A DNA stretch of 64,000 nucleotides from Candidatus Latescibacterota bacterium (GTDB lineage: Bacteria; Latescibacterota; UBA2968; UBA8231). Below the pieces are notes generated by a model. That model worked only from the letters and a program-made list of their open reading frames with translations, searched no databases and was not told the DNA's origin. The DNA is taken from positions 1,184,001 through 1,248,000 of the forward strand of contig CBDCDC010000002.1 in NCBI GenBank assembly GCA_965215195.1, read 5' to 3'. The position numbers and the translations under genes were made by a program. Positions 10,208-19,683 of this stretch are shown piece after piece. Positions within the stretch are counted from its first letter, which is position 1; the number at the start of each line of letters is the position of its first letter.

Positions 10208-11428
10208 CTAGCACTCCAACACCGACCCCTCCTCTGCCACCCGCCCGAACATGTGCGCGAATTCCTCGGATCCATCGTCGTGCCACACCGCAAAGGACAA
10301 GCCGCGGATGGTTCCCTCGGCAAAGCCGGTCAACGCATCTATGGGCGGAATGCTAGCCGTGTAGAGGACGTGCCCGTCCGGCAGGCGCAGCTTGCCCAAG
10401 TGCCGGGGAATTTCCGCCGGCCCGCGCTGGGCCAAGCGTGCAATGACTGCTTCGTCCACCTCCACGCCGAGGCCCGGCCCCTCGGGCACGGGCGAACAGC
10501 CTTCGACGATCTCAATGCGCTGACGAGCCGCGTCCTCCTCGTACTGGTCGTCGAGATTGATCGAGTGGGCGGCCGTGGGCAGCACGGCCGCCAAGTGCAG
10601 GGCCAACGCCTTGGCCAAGGTGCCCCCGGTTAGCTGCACCACCACCTGCACATTGGCCTTGCCATAGGCTAGGCCGCGCACCAACGCATCGCCAAACCCG
10701 CCGCAGTACTCGGCCACGATGTACGCATCGGCCATCCCCTGCACGACCTCCTGCAACCCGCCCAGCGGCGGCACGTGCATGACCAGCGGCACGCCGCATT
10801 GGGCGCGGAGCCGCCGCCAGCCTTCTACATCGCTCAGCACCAAGGGATCCTCAATATAGCCCACTACGGGCGATTTTTCGAGCTGTTTGACGAGGGGCAA
10901 CACCGTGGCCAAGGTGCGGTTGGAATTGAAGTCGTACTGCATCTTGAAGCCCGCTGGTGCCACATCTTCTACCGCGCGGTTCTGCTCGAACACGTCGTAG
11001 TGCTGACACGTGTGCATCTTGAACAGCCGGTAGCCTTGATCGGCCGCGCGGACGATTTCGCGGCTCAGCTCCTCGGGGTCGGCCGGCCGAGTCCAAGCGG
11101 CCACCGGCACGCGGTCGCGCACTTTGGGACCCATCAGCTTGTAGGCCGGCACTTCGAGGTACTGGCCCATCACATCGTACAAGGCCCCGGCCAAGCCGAG
11201 GTGGACATCGCTACCCAAAAAGTCGAAGGGGCTGCGCCCGATGAGCCCCTCCACGCTCTGGGCGGGCGGCGGCGTACAGCGGTACTCGCCCCAGCCGACC
11301 AAGCCGTTGTCGGTTTGCACCTTGAAGAAGGTGCGCTGGTCAATGGAGCGGAAGCGCACGGCGTACTCGGCGTTGCGGGCGGCGAGCGGCACGTGCGCCG
11401 GAATGATGCCGATATCGGTGATTTTCAC
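10208..11428 (-). CDS. Mandelate racemase/muconate lactonizing (enolase superfamily) enzyme
   Basis: VQTDNGLVGWGE, ALYDVMG..LEVPAYKLMG, KMH, DFN, IEDP, PEGPGLGVEVD. Confidence 0.88.
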   Translation of the reverse strand: MKITDIGIIPAHVPLAARNAEYAVRFRSIDQRTFFKVQTDNGLVGWGEYRCTPPPAQSVEGLIGRSPFDFLGSDVHLGLAGALYDVMGQYLEVPAYKLMGPKVRDRVPVAAWTRPADPEELSREIVRAADQGYRLFKMHTCQHYDVFEQNRAVEDVAPAGFKMQYDFNSNRTLATVLPLVKQLEKSPVVGYIEDPLVLSDVEGWRRLRAQCGVPLVMHVPPLGGLQEVVQGMADAYIVAEYCGGFGDALVRGLAYGKANVQVVVQLTGGTLAKALALHLAAVLPTAAHSINLDDQYEEDAARQRIEIVEGCSPVPEGPGLGVEVDEAVIARLAQRGPAEIPRHLGKLRLPDGHVLYTASIPPIDALTGFAEGTIRGLSFAVWHDDGSEEFAHMFGRVAEEGSVLEC

Positions 11429-11546
11429 GGTCTTTCTCCTCGGTGCGTGAGCGAGATTGCGTTATCAGTGCCCACGGGCGGGCACTTGACGCGCCGCAAC
11501 CCGTCGTCGAAAAGCTGGAAATCGCCGCGGTGTGCGAGGCTGTGAA

Positions 11547-12347
11547 CTAGGCCTTTTGCAGGGCGCGCCAGCGGTCGTAATAAAGCTGGCCTTTTGGCGG
11601 CAGAGCAGCGCGCACGTTGGCGGCCAGCTTCCAGCGAAAGCGCTCATCTACTTGAGTCTGCGGCTCGTCCGGCCGGTAGATCATCAGCGCACCCGTCATG
11701 CTCAGCCGCTGGGGCAGATGCGCTGGTTGGCGGCCGCGGTGAATCGTATAACCGCTCCAGAACAGCACTTGCCCCCTCTTCAAAAAGATGTTCTTCTGGC
11801 CGGTGAGATCGACCTTCTTATCCACGGCTAAGGCGTGGTGTTCCTCGGGTGTGCGCGGACGCCGATGGCTGCCGGGCACCAGCCACAGGCAGGGATCATC
11901 AACGAGCGCCAATTGCCACCGCAAACCCGTCATCGGCTGGGTGATAAGGGCCATTTCCCGCTCTGCGTCGCCATCCTGATTGCCCGCCCCAATGTCGCGG
12001 TGCCAGCCCGTGTCGTAGCCCTTGTCGGCGCACCACAGATGCACGTGCCCCATGCGCAAATCCGGTCCCAAAAAAGCCTTGACATAGCACTCAATTGCCG
12101 GGGACACCAAATGCTCGGCAAAGACCGGCTCCTCAAACTCTGGGGCAATAACGCCGAAAATGGCCGTGGCCTCCGGGCCGTTGCCGGCCACATCCACTTC
12201 GCCGGCGCGCACCTTGGCCCACACCCGTCGGGCCGCGGCCTCCAACCGATCGACCATCTCGGGTTCTACTGCATCTTCGACTAGGGAATAACCCTGCGCG
12301 AAAAACTCCTCTTGCACTTTTTCTAGGTCGTGCGTCCGCTCGGGCAT
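11547..12347 (-). CDS. Phytanoyl-CoA dioxygenase family Fe(II)/2OG enzyme
   Basis: WHRD, LWLVPGSH, IHRG facial-triad pattern. Confidence 0.85.
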   Translation of the reverse strand: MPERTHDLEKVQEEFFAQGYSLVEDAVEPEMVDRLEAAARRVWAKVRAGEVDVAGNGPEATAIFGVIAPEFEEPVFAEHLVSPAIECYVKAFLGPDLRMGHVHLWCADKGYDTGWHRDIGAGNQDGDAEREMALITQPMTGLRWQLALVDDPCLWLVPGSHRRPRTPEEHHALAVDKKVDLTGQKNIFLKRGQVLFWSGYTIHRGRQPAHLPQRLSMTGALMIYRPDEPQTQVDERFRWKLAANVRAALPPKGQLYYDRWRALQKA

Positions 12348-12454
12348 GTTTTCCTCCGTGCAAAGAGCACCTGTTGATTAGTTCGGAAGTCAGGAGATCG
12401 CCGCGTCGGTTGCGTACATACGAACACAGGGCTCGACGGGTTCATCCGCCCGAC

Positions 12455-13258
12455 TCAGTCGGCTTCTGCGGGTTCAATGACCTCAATGCCCGCCTCGCGC
12501 AGGGCTTGCGCCCGATAGCTATAGATATCCGCCGTGGCGAGCAGGACCCGCGCCGGGGCCACCCCGGTGGCCTCGGTGTACAGCCGACGCTTGCGCTCCA
12601 GCCGCTCTTGGATTGAGGCCCCCACGCTGGCGGCGATTTCGACGAGGATGTGCTGATCGGGCGCGACAATGACCACGTCGAATTGTTCGCCCTCGATGAC
12701 GCGCTCTTCGACCGCGGCCCCAAAGGATTCCTCCAACAGGGCGGCCATGGTGCGCCGAAACACGCTCTCGTTGCGGATGCCCCAGCGCCCCCCCAGCCGG
12801 TCGAGGGCTTGAAAGACTTCATCAAAGCGCTGGTTCACTTCCTCGCGAAACGCATCTATACGCGCATCCACTTGCTCAAAGCGCTGGTTCACTTCCTCGC
12901 GAAACTGCTCAAAACGGCGGTCTGCTTGCTCAAAGCGTTGATCCACTTGCTCAAAGCGTTGATCCACTTGCTCAAAGCGTTGATCCACTTGCTCAAAGCG
13001 TTGATCCACTTGCTCGCGAAACTGCTCAAAACGGCGGTCTGCTTGCTCAAAGCGCTGATCCACTTGCTCAAAACGTTGATCCATCTCAGTCCGCAACGCC
13101 CGCAACTCCGTCAGCACCACGGCCACCTCTTCGCGGCGGGCAAACGCGCCCAAGAACCCTTGGTAAATCAGCGGCTCAAGGTCCGGGCGGCGGTCCAACA
13201 GGTCGGGGAGTTGCCGGTTGAACAGGTCGATCAGTTCTTCATCACTAAAGGTTTTCAT
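12455..13258 (-). CDS. Coiled-coil repeat plus PD-(D/E)XK-like nuclease (DUF3782-like)
   Basis: (FEQVDQR)n stalk followed by LGGRWGIRNESVFR...EQFDVVI...LVEI. Confidence 0.7.
   Translation of the reverse strand: MKTFSDEELIDLFNRQLPDLLDRRPDLEPLIYQGFLGAFARREEVAVVLTELRALRTEMDQRFEQVDQRFEQADRRFEQFREQVDQRFEQVDQRFEQVDQRFEQVDQRFEQADRRFEQFREEVNQRFEQVDARIDAFREEVNQRFDEVFQALDRLGGRWGIRNESVFRRTMAALLEESFGAAVEERVIEGEQFDVVIVAPDQHILVEIAASVGASIQERLERKRRLYTEATGVAPARVLLATADIYSYRAQALREAGIEVIEPAEAD
12820..13085 (-). repeat. 21-bp/33-bp tandem coding repeat (FEQVDQR / FEQFREQVDQR)
   Basis: Repeated gatccacttgctcaaagcgtt units, several identical; boundaries approximate. Confidence 0.92.
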
Positions 13259-13306
13259 CGCTCTTGCACCTTTCCTTTATACTCGAAGCCCTAAATTAAT
13301 AACGCA

Positions 13307-14377
13307 TAGGACTTACGCAGTTGGATAGTTTAGGATAAGATAAAGGCTATTCCCCCTCCACCGCGAGCCCGTCCGATGAACCCAGCCAAGTGTGCCGACC
13401 ACGACTACATCCACTTCCTGATCGCCGCTCAGAGTGTCTTCAGTTGTACCGAGGCCGCCCGCTGTCATCCGGAGGATGGCCCTCCTGTGTCCCATGACGC
13501 TTTCACGCGCCTGCTGACAAGACAGCCTCCCGATACCGAGGCGTTGTGGCAAGAGACCCAAGGGCTGGTTCGCCTCCAAGGCGGCGTGTTAGTGCTGGAC
13601 GATTCCACCTTGGACAAGCCCTATGCCAAGCGGATCGAACTGGTGACGCGCCATTGGAGTGGCACCCATCACCGGGTAGTCTGGGGCATCAACCTTATAA
13701 GTATGGTCTGGTCGGACGGCCATGCTTGCATTCCCTGCGACTTCCGCGTCTATGACAAGCCTATCGGGGGCCACAATAAGAACGAGCACTTCCGGGCGAT
13801 GCTGGCCAGCGCCCAAGCGCGCGGCTTTCAGCCGGCGTGCGTGGTGTTCGATAGCTGGTATGCGTCCCTGGACAACCTCAAGCGGATTCGCTCCTACGAG
13901 TGGGCTTGGCTGACGCGCCTCAAGGCCAACCGACAGGTCAACCCGGAGGGGAGCGGCAACGTGGCGATCCGCTCGGTGGCTATCGGACCGGAGGGCCGGC
14001 GGGTACATCTCAAAGGCTATGGGTTCATCAAGGTATTTCGGACGGTCTCGGCAAACGGAGACGCGCACTACTGGGCAACCAACGACCTAGAGATGGCAGT
14101 CAGCCGGTTTGAGGCATGGTCCAAGCGGGCGTGGTCCATTGAGACGTATCACCGAGGCCTCAAGCAGTGCTGCGGCGTTGAGCAGGCGCAGGTTCGGTCG
14201 GCCCGGGCGCAGAGAAATCATATCGCGTTGTCGATCCGCGCCTTCGTGCGGTTGGAGGTGCATAGACTCCAAACCGGCGTTAGTTGGTATGAAGCCAAAA
14301 GGGACATCATCCGACAGGCCGTCCAGCGGTATCTGCAACGACCATTGCACAGGCTCAGTTCAACTGCGTAAGTCCTA
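13307..14377 (+). mobile_element. IS701-family insertion sequence
   Basis: Perfect 17-bp terminal inverted repeats taggacttacgcagttg / caactgcgtaagtccta; short (a)acgc direct repeat at the flanks. Confidence 0.92.
13376..14371 (+). CDS. IS701-family DDE transposase
   Basis: VLDDSTLDKP, VVFDSWY, WSIETYHRGLKQ; the stop lies inside the right IR. Confidence 0.93.
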   Translation: MNPAKCADHDYIHFLIAAQSVFSCTEAARCHPEDGPPVSHDAFTRLLTRQPPDTEALWQETQGLVRLQGGVLVLDDSTLDKPYAKRIELVTRHWSGTHHRVVWGINLISMVWSDGHACIPCDFRVYDKPIGGHNKNEHFRAMLASAQARGFQPACVVFDSWYASLDNLKRIRSYEWAWLTRLKANRQVNPEGSGNVAIRSVAIGPEGRRVHLKGYGFIKVFRTVSANGDAHYWATNDLEMAVSRFEAWSKRAWSIETYHRGLKQCCGVEQAQVRSARAQRNHIALSIRAFVRLEVHRLQTGVSWYEAKRDIIRQAVQRYLQRPLHRLSSTA

Positions 14378-14553
14378 ACGCCTTCGCATTCAACGGCGTC
14401 CTACCATCGAGCACGAACGCACCCACAGGAGGGGTCGTGTACTGAGCTCGAAGCCAGTTAAGTAGGGCGTCCGCAAGCTCCGTATGTTTGAGAGTCGCAA
14501 GGTTGCAACACATTGTCAATCACCCGATGGCAAAGGAGGGGGTTTCAGCAATT

Positions 14554-14919
14554 ATGGATCGCATTTTATGGGTGGGCTGCGGCGGCTTTATTGGGGCCGT
14601 GCTGCGCTACTTAGTCTCCGTGGGGACCCTGCGCCTGTTGGGCACCCCGCTCTACGGCACCCTCGTGGTCAACGTGGTCGGCTGCCTGCTCATAGGCTTT
14701 TTGGGCGGCTTGGCCGAAGAGCGTCAATACCTAGGCCCCCAAGTCCGCCTATTCCTCTTCGTCGGCGTCCTCAGCGGCTTCACCACTTTTTCTTCCGTAG
14801 CCTACGAGACCGCGCAGATACTGCGTACGGGTCAGGTGCCGGCCGCCTTAGTCCACATTGGGCTGCAACTGCTGCTGGGGATTCCCGCCGTCTTCGTCGG
14901 GTATTGGGCGGCCCGCTAG
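14554..14919 (+). CDS. crcB: Fluoride efflux channel CrcB/FluC
   Basis: GGFIGAVLRY, GTLVVNVVGC, GVLSGFTTFSS; GGAGG RBS. Confidence 0.93.
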   Translation: MDRILWVGCGGFIGAVLRYLVSVGTLRLLGTPLYGTLVVNVVGCLLIGFLGGLAEERQYLGPQVRLFLFVGVLSGFTTFSSVAYETAQILRTGQVPAALVHIGLQLLLGIPAVFVGYWAAR

Positions 14920-15704
14920 CCGGCTAGCCCGTGCAAGTGCGCCAAGCACGCGGGCGCGGCTTCGCGCAAACTGGCTTGGCGATAGACCTTGACCGAGGCA
15001 AAACCCGCGTAGCCAATGGCGTCCAAGGCCGCGAGCACGGCCTCGAAGTCGAGGTGGCCGCTGCCCAGTACGCCGCCATTGCTCTCGCACAAGTGGACGT
15101 GCCGCAGCGCATTGCCGCAGTCGAAAATGGGCTGGGTCAACGACTTTTCTTCAATGTTCATGTGGATCGTATCGACCATCGGCCCAAAAGCCGGTACGCC
15201 AATGCGCTCAATCAGGGTGCGCACCTCGCCGACGGAATTGTTAAACCCCACTTGCAAATGATTGATCGGCTCAACGACCAAGTCCACGCCGGCGTCTTGG
15301 GCGGCCAAGGCCACTTCGCGCAGGCCAGCCGCAATGCGCTCGTTGGCCACCTCAGCGTCGGGCTCGTCCTCGCGCAGGCCCTGCAAAAGCCCAACGACGA
15401 GGATGGCGTTGAAACGCTGGGCAATAGGCAGGTACTCCCGCAGCCTAGCCACGGCACCGGCGCGCCGGCGCGGGTCGGCCGCGCTCAAGCACAGCCCCTC
15501 GGCATAGGCGGCCCCGGTCAACAGCGACGGCACCACCAAGCCGCACGCCTCCACCGAGCGTTCGATCGCGTCTAATTGACCGAGCACCGCCGGCGTCAGG
15601 TTCAACTCAACGCCTTCGTACCCGCAGGCCCGAATGAAGTCCAACCCGGCCGCGAAATCGCCCCCGAGATCCGCAAAGTCGATTACCATATAGCTGTAGC
15701 GCAT
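14916..15704 (-). CDS. Sugar phosphate isomerase/epimerase (xylose isomerase-like TIM barrel)
   Basis: VEPIN, DTIHMNIEE, HVHLCESNG..GSGHLDF. Confidence 0.88.
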   Translation of the reverse strand: MRYSYMVIDFADLGGDFAAGLDFIRACGYEGVELNLTPAVLGQLDAIERSVEACGLVVPSLLTGAAYAEGLCLSAADPRRRAGAVARLREYLPIAQRFNAILVVGLLQGLREDEPDAEVANERIAAGLREVALAAQDAGVDLVVEPINHLQVGFNNSVGEVRTLIERIGVPAFGPMVDTIHMNIEEKSLTQPIFDCGNALRHVHLCESNGGVLGSGHLDFEAVLAALDAIGYAGFASVKVYRQASLREAAPACLAHLHGLAG

Positions 15705-15934
15705 CGCCATCTCCAAGTAGGGTCGCCCGTTGTGTAGACCGACAGGGCCTGTCCCTATGGGTCAATGGCATTTGTGAGATAACCTCTAGCAAGTGGCGGC
15801 CAGCCGCCGCTGTGTCTAAGTTATTCCATTCCCTAGATACGCGACACCTAATCAGCCTATCCGCTATGGTTGCCCTTATAGCGGTAACGGAAATTTTAAG
15901 CTCCATTCCATTTCGTCCCAACAGCGGAGCGCGT

Positions 15935-16837
15935 GTGCGATACCGACGATTCGGCAAAACGAACTGGCAAGTCAGCGAAATCGCCATGGGCGGGTCTTGG
16001 TTCTACGGACGTCCGGAATACGGCCTCCTGCCGGTGGCGCACGGAGTCGCCATGGTCGAGCGCGCCCTCCAGCTCGGCATCAACTACTTTGACACGGCCC
16101 CGCTCTATGGCCAAGGCCGCAGCGAAAAGGTTCTCGGCCACGCCCTCAAAGGCGTTGACGCGCCCTATTATCTGGCGACCAAGGTAGGCTATTATCCCGC
16201 GCCCTTCGACTACACCCGCGACGCAGTGTGGCGGGGGTTTGAGGCCAGCCTCCTGCGCTTGCAGCGCGACTCGGTCGATCTGTTGCAACTCCACGAAGCC
16301 GAGCAGGCCGGCTGGGAGGGGATATTCGGCCGGGGACGCGCCCTAGAGGCCATGCTCGAAATTCGCGAGCAGGGACTCGCACAACACATCGGCCTCACGG
16401 GCTCGGACCTAGTGCTGATGCGCGATGTCCTCGCCGAAGCCGACGCCTTTGTCTCGGTGATCACCTTTCTCAAATACGACCTGGTAGTGCAGACGGCCAA
16501 GGAGCTCCTCCTGCCCACCGCAGCCGCCCGCGACATCGCCATCATCCTCGCCTCGCCCCTGCACGCCGGCCTGCTCGGCTCCAAGCGCGACGCTTGGCAG
16601 GAGGCCGGCCGCTTTGCCGAACTCTATCCCAAACTCGAAAAAATCGAAGCCCTGCTCGCCGCCGAGCCCGGCGACATGCCCGACCACGGGCTGCGCTACT
16701 TGCTGTCGGACCCCCAAGTCTCAGTGCTGCTCACCGGCGCTGCAACCATAGACGAACTCGAAGCCTCGGCCGCCGTTTCCGATGGCCGCTACTGGTCTCC
16801 CGATCTCATCGCCCGCATCGAAGCTGTCACCCCTTGA
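15935..16837 (+). CDS. Aldo/keto reductase
   Basis: YRRFGKT..VSEI, GINYFDTAPLYG, ATK, SLLRLQRDSVDLLQLH; GTG start inferred. Confidence 0.9.
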   Translation: MRYRRFGKTNWQVSEIAMGGSWFYGRPEYGLLPVAHGVAMVERALQLGINYFDTAPLYGQGRSEKVLGHALKGVDAPYYLATKVGYYPAPFDYTRDAVWRGFEASLLRLQRDSVDLLQLHEAEQAGWEGIFGRGRALEAMLEIREQGLAQHIGLTGSDLVLMRDVLAEADAFVSVITFLKYDLVVQTAKELLLPTAAARDIAIILASPLHAGLLGSKRDAWQEAGRFAELYPKLEKIEALLAAEPGDMPDHGLRYLLSDPQVSVLLTGAATIDELEASAAVSDGRYWSPDLIARIEAVTP

Positions 16838-16850
16838 GAAGGAATTGCAG

Positions 16851-17882
16851 ATGAAACCCGTCCGCGTCGGCTGCATCGGCCTCGGCTGGATTACCCAAAG
16901 GGCGCACCTCCCGGCGTTAGCTGCCCTCGTCGAGGAAGGCCAAGTCGTCTTCCAAGCCTTCTGCGACAAAAGCGAGGAAACCCTCCGCGAACAAGCGGCC
17001 ATCTATAAGCCTCGCTCAACCTATACGGACCACCACCAGATGTTCGCAGCGCAGGAACTCGACGCTATTTACTTGTGCATTCCGCCGACCGCACACACCG
17101 ACGAGGTGCTCATCGCCGCGGACCAAGGCGTCGCCCTGTTCGTGGAAAAGCCGCAGACCCTCAGCCTAGCCCAAGTTGCCGAATTCAACGCCGCAATCGC
17201 AAAAGCTGGCATCGTATCCCAAGTCGGCTTCGTCTATCGCTACGAGCCTTCTTCCGCGCCAACCTTGGAGCTATTGCAGCAGCGCACACCGCGCCACGCC
17301 CAAATCCAAAACTTCTACAGCGGCCAGCCCATCCGCTACTGGACCAGCCGCTACGAACTCTGCGGCGGCTCGTTTGTGGAAAACACCATCCACAGCGTCG
17401 ATCTGTTGCGCTACTTCCTCGGCGACATTGAGGCGGTCTCGGCGTTCTACGTCGAGTCGCTGCCCGATGAGCGCATTGAGCCGATGAACCTGCCCCACGT
17501 GTACAACGTCAACTACCGCTTCAAAGGGCGCATAACCGCCAATGCCAGCGTCTCGCGGATAATGAACAACGTCGAGTACGCCAAACGCGAAATCCTCGTC
17601 GTCAGCGACGACTCGATCATCGAGTGGAACCCGCAGCAAATAAGGGAAAACGGCGAAGTGGTGTGGGAAGCCCGAGAAGAGCCGCAAGCTCGCGGTGCTT
17701 TCTTCGCCCAAGCCCGCGCCTTTATCGCCGCCGTCCAAGCCGGCAATCCGGCCATGCCGCGCAGCCCCTACGTCCCTTCCCTCAACAGCCTAGCCGCCGT
17801 CTTGGGGGCCAATGCCTCGGCCGAAAGCGGCGGCGAGTTGGTCCTCCTCAGCGACCTAGTCGGCGCACACACCCGAGGTTAG
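16851..17882 (+). CDS. Gfo/Idh/MocA family oxidoreductase
   Basis: GCIGLGWI, FVEKP, GG..ENTIHSVD. Confidence 0.9.
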   Translation: MKPVRVGCIGLGWITQRAHLPALAALVEEGQVVFQAFCDKSEETLREQAAIYKPRSTYTDHHQMFAAQELDAIYLCIPPTAHTDEVLIAADQGVALFVEKPQTLSLAQVAEFNAAIAKAGIVSQVGFVYRYEPSSAPTLELLQQRTPRHAQIQNFYSGQPIRYWTSRYELCGGSFVENTIHSVDLLRYFLGDIEAVSAFYVESLPDERIEPMNLPHVYNVNYRFKGRITANASVSRIMNNVEYAKREILVVSDDSIIEWNPQQIRENGEVVWEAREEPQARGAFFAQARAFIAAVQAGNPAMPRSPYVPSLNSLAAVLGANASAESGGELVLLSDLVGAHTRG

Positions 17883-17888
17883 CTCACC

Positions 17889-19382
17889 ATGCAGCCCCAA
17901 CCCACGCCTTTTCTCGACTGGTACGGCATCTGGCCTTCCCACCGCAAGCTCGAAGACGACGGCACCGTCTGGTCACAGGACCCGCCCCAAGGCATTGAAC
18001 TCGCGCCCGAGCTGGCGCGCAAGTCCGCGGTCTTCTTCCACAAGGAGCGCCCTTGGGAACAAGGAGCCAATCTCCACATCAACGCCATGCTCCATGAAGA
18101 AGGGCGCTACCGCCTCTGGTACGGCGTGCAACGCCTAGACGACATCGCCCGCACCTATGTCTGCTACGCCGAAAGCGACGACGGCTTTACTTGGCAGCGA
18201 CCGGAGTTGGGATTGTGCGCGTACGAAGGCTCTAGCCGCAACAACATCCTCTGCGCGGGCCGCGACCATCCCCTCGGCTGGGTGTTCATGGACCCCAGTG
18301 CCCCGGCGGCCGAGCGCTACAAGGCCGTTGGCCCGGGGGCGCGCTACTTCCGCGACGGCCAGCCCGACCCGGAAATGGACTCCGCGCGCTTCAAGGCCCT
18401 GCTCGTGGCCCGCGACTTGGGCGATGTGTCGTCCGGGGAAAAGGCCCGCGGGATTGAGATTCGGCAGCAGCTCCTCGGCGCGACCTCTCCCGACGGCATC
18501 CACTGGCACAACCTCAGCGCACCCGTCTTCGACGCCGGCGCAACCCAGCTAGACACCCACAACCTCTGCGTGTACGATCCCCACCAAGGGCAATACGTGG
18601 CGTACTTGCGCGGCCACATCGACCGCCGGCGCTTGGTGCGCCGCGTCGCGGGCGCGCAGTTTGCAGCTTTGGCCGGGTCGGGCCCCTGCCTCCTGCCCGA
18701 CCCCTTGGACCCGCTCGACGACGACATCTACAACCCCTGCTACACGCCGTACCCCGGCACCCAGCCGCGCTACCTGATGTTTCCGTCGATATACCATCGG
18801 ATCGCCTCTACAGTCGATGTCCAGCTCGCGGTCAGCCGCGATAACCACCAATGGATCCGGCCCTTTCGCCAGCCCATCATCGACCGCGCCTACGAGGGGG
18901 GAACGTATGGCCAGCTCTATGCCAGCCCGAATCTCATCGCCGCCAACGACACTTGGCGGCTGCCCTTTAGGGGCTATCAACGCCGCCACGACTTTCTCCG
19001 CCGCGGCGCTGCCTACCCCGAGGATGGGGAATTTCGCTGGGCCTGCTGGGAACCAGATCGGCTCGCCGGAATAGAGGCCAAAGGCGAGGGGCGGGTCACG
19101 CTGATCGAGCGGCCCTGCTGTGGCCGCGCGCTGCTGCTCAACTTTCGCACGGCCCCAGACGGCTGGATCAAAGCCGAAATCGTCCAGACCATTCACACGC
19201 CACCTCAGCCCGTAGAAGCTTACCCCGGCTTTTCGCTCGCCGAGGCCGATCCCCTCGCGGGCGATTCCATCGCTGAGGCCGCGCGCTGGCGGGGCCAAGC
19301 CGACTTATCGGCCCTCTCGGGCGAAAACGTCGGCCTCCGTTTTCACCTGTACAAAGCCAAGCTGTTTTCGGTATCTATTTGA
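17889..19382 (+). CDS. Putative five-bladed beta-propeller glycoside hydrolase-like protein
   Basis: YAESDDGFTWQRPELG, ATSPDGIHW, VSRDNHQW blade motifs; C-terminal LRFHLYKAKLFS. Confidence 0.6.
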   Translation: MQPQPTPFLDWYGIWPSHRKLEDDGTVWSQDPPQGIELAPELARKSAVFFHKERPWEQGANLHINAMLHEEGRYRLWYGVQRLDDIARTYVCYAESDDGFTWQRPELGLCAYEGSSRNNILCAGRDHPLGWVFMDPSAPAAERYKAVGPGARYFRDGQPDPEMDSARFKALLVARDLGDVSSGEKARGIEIRQQLLGATSPDGIHWHNLSAPVFDAGATQLDTHNLCVYDPHQGQYVAYLRGHIDRRRLVRRVAGAQFAALAGSGPCLLPDPLDPLDDDIYNPCYTPYPGTQPRYLMFPSIYHRIASTVDVQLAVSRDNHQWIRPFRQPIIDRAYEGGTYGQLYASPNLIAANDTWRLPFRGYQRRHDFLRRGAAYPEDGEFRWACWEPDRLAGIEAKGEGRVTLIERPCCGRALLLNFRTAPDGWIKAEIVQTIHTPPQPVEAYPGFSLAEADPLAGDSIAEAARWRGQADLSALSGENVGLRFHLYKAKLFSVSI

Positions 19383-19570
19383 AGCGGCCAGCGAACACCG
19401 CGGCCATGCCGCCCAAGCGCTGGGCCATGCGCTCAAATGCGGCGCGGCAATAGTCCCAGTTGCCCCACCGCGCCACCTGCTCCAGCCAGTCGCATAGGTG
19501 AATCCGCACTAGATCGTTGAAATCCCGCTCGGTCATCTCAGTGGAATCGCCGGTCAGGCGGTTGCCAAAA
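19375..19570 (-). pseudogene. 3' remnant of a hypothetical gene (possibly DUF6817-like), present in three copies
   Basis: NRLTGDSTEMTERDFNDLVRIHLCDWLEQVARWGNWDYCRAAFERMAQRLGG...RFK*; no upstream gene body. Confidence 0.55.
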
Positions 19571-19600
19571 TCGCGTCAAAGACAGCGGATTCAAGCGGAG

Positions 19601-19673
19601 CCGGTTCTTGCTTTAGCACTGACGAACCGGTACGTTTTCGTACAGTTTCTCCTGCCACTCACTCCAGTACTGG
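19601..19673 (+). promoter_or_regulatory. Putative sigma70 promoter of the R-M operon, with overlapping palindromes
   Basis: TTGCTT-17-TACGTT (19608-19636); inverted repeats ccggttc/gaaccgg and gtacg/cgtac; palindrome ccagtactgg. Confidence 0.45.
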
Positions 19674-19683
19674 TGATTCCGCA

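Larger units (their letters stand above)
13291..14446. mobile_element. Degenerate MITE-like element with a 9-bp TSD, carrying a nested IS701
   Basis: Right end aggggtcgtgtactgag (14430-14446) is 16/17 identical to the end of the 152-bp MITE at 62903. The direct repeat ctcgaagcc lies at 13282-13290 and 14447-14455. The left TIR is poorly conserved. Confidence 0.55.

Noticed and set aside
12820-13085. CRISPR array
   Set aside because: The repeats are contiguous, have no unique spacers and are in-frame coding.
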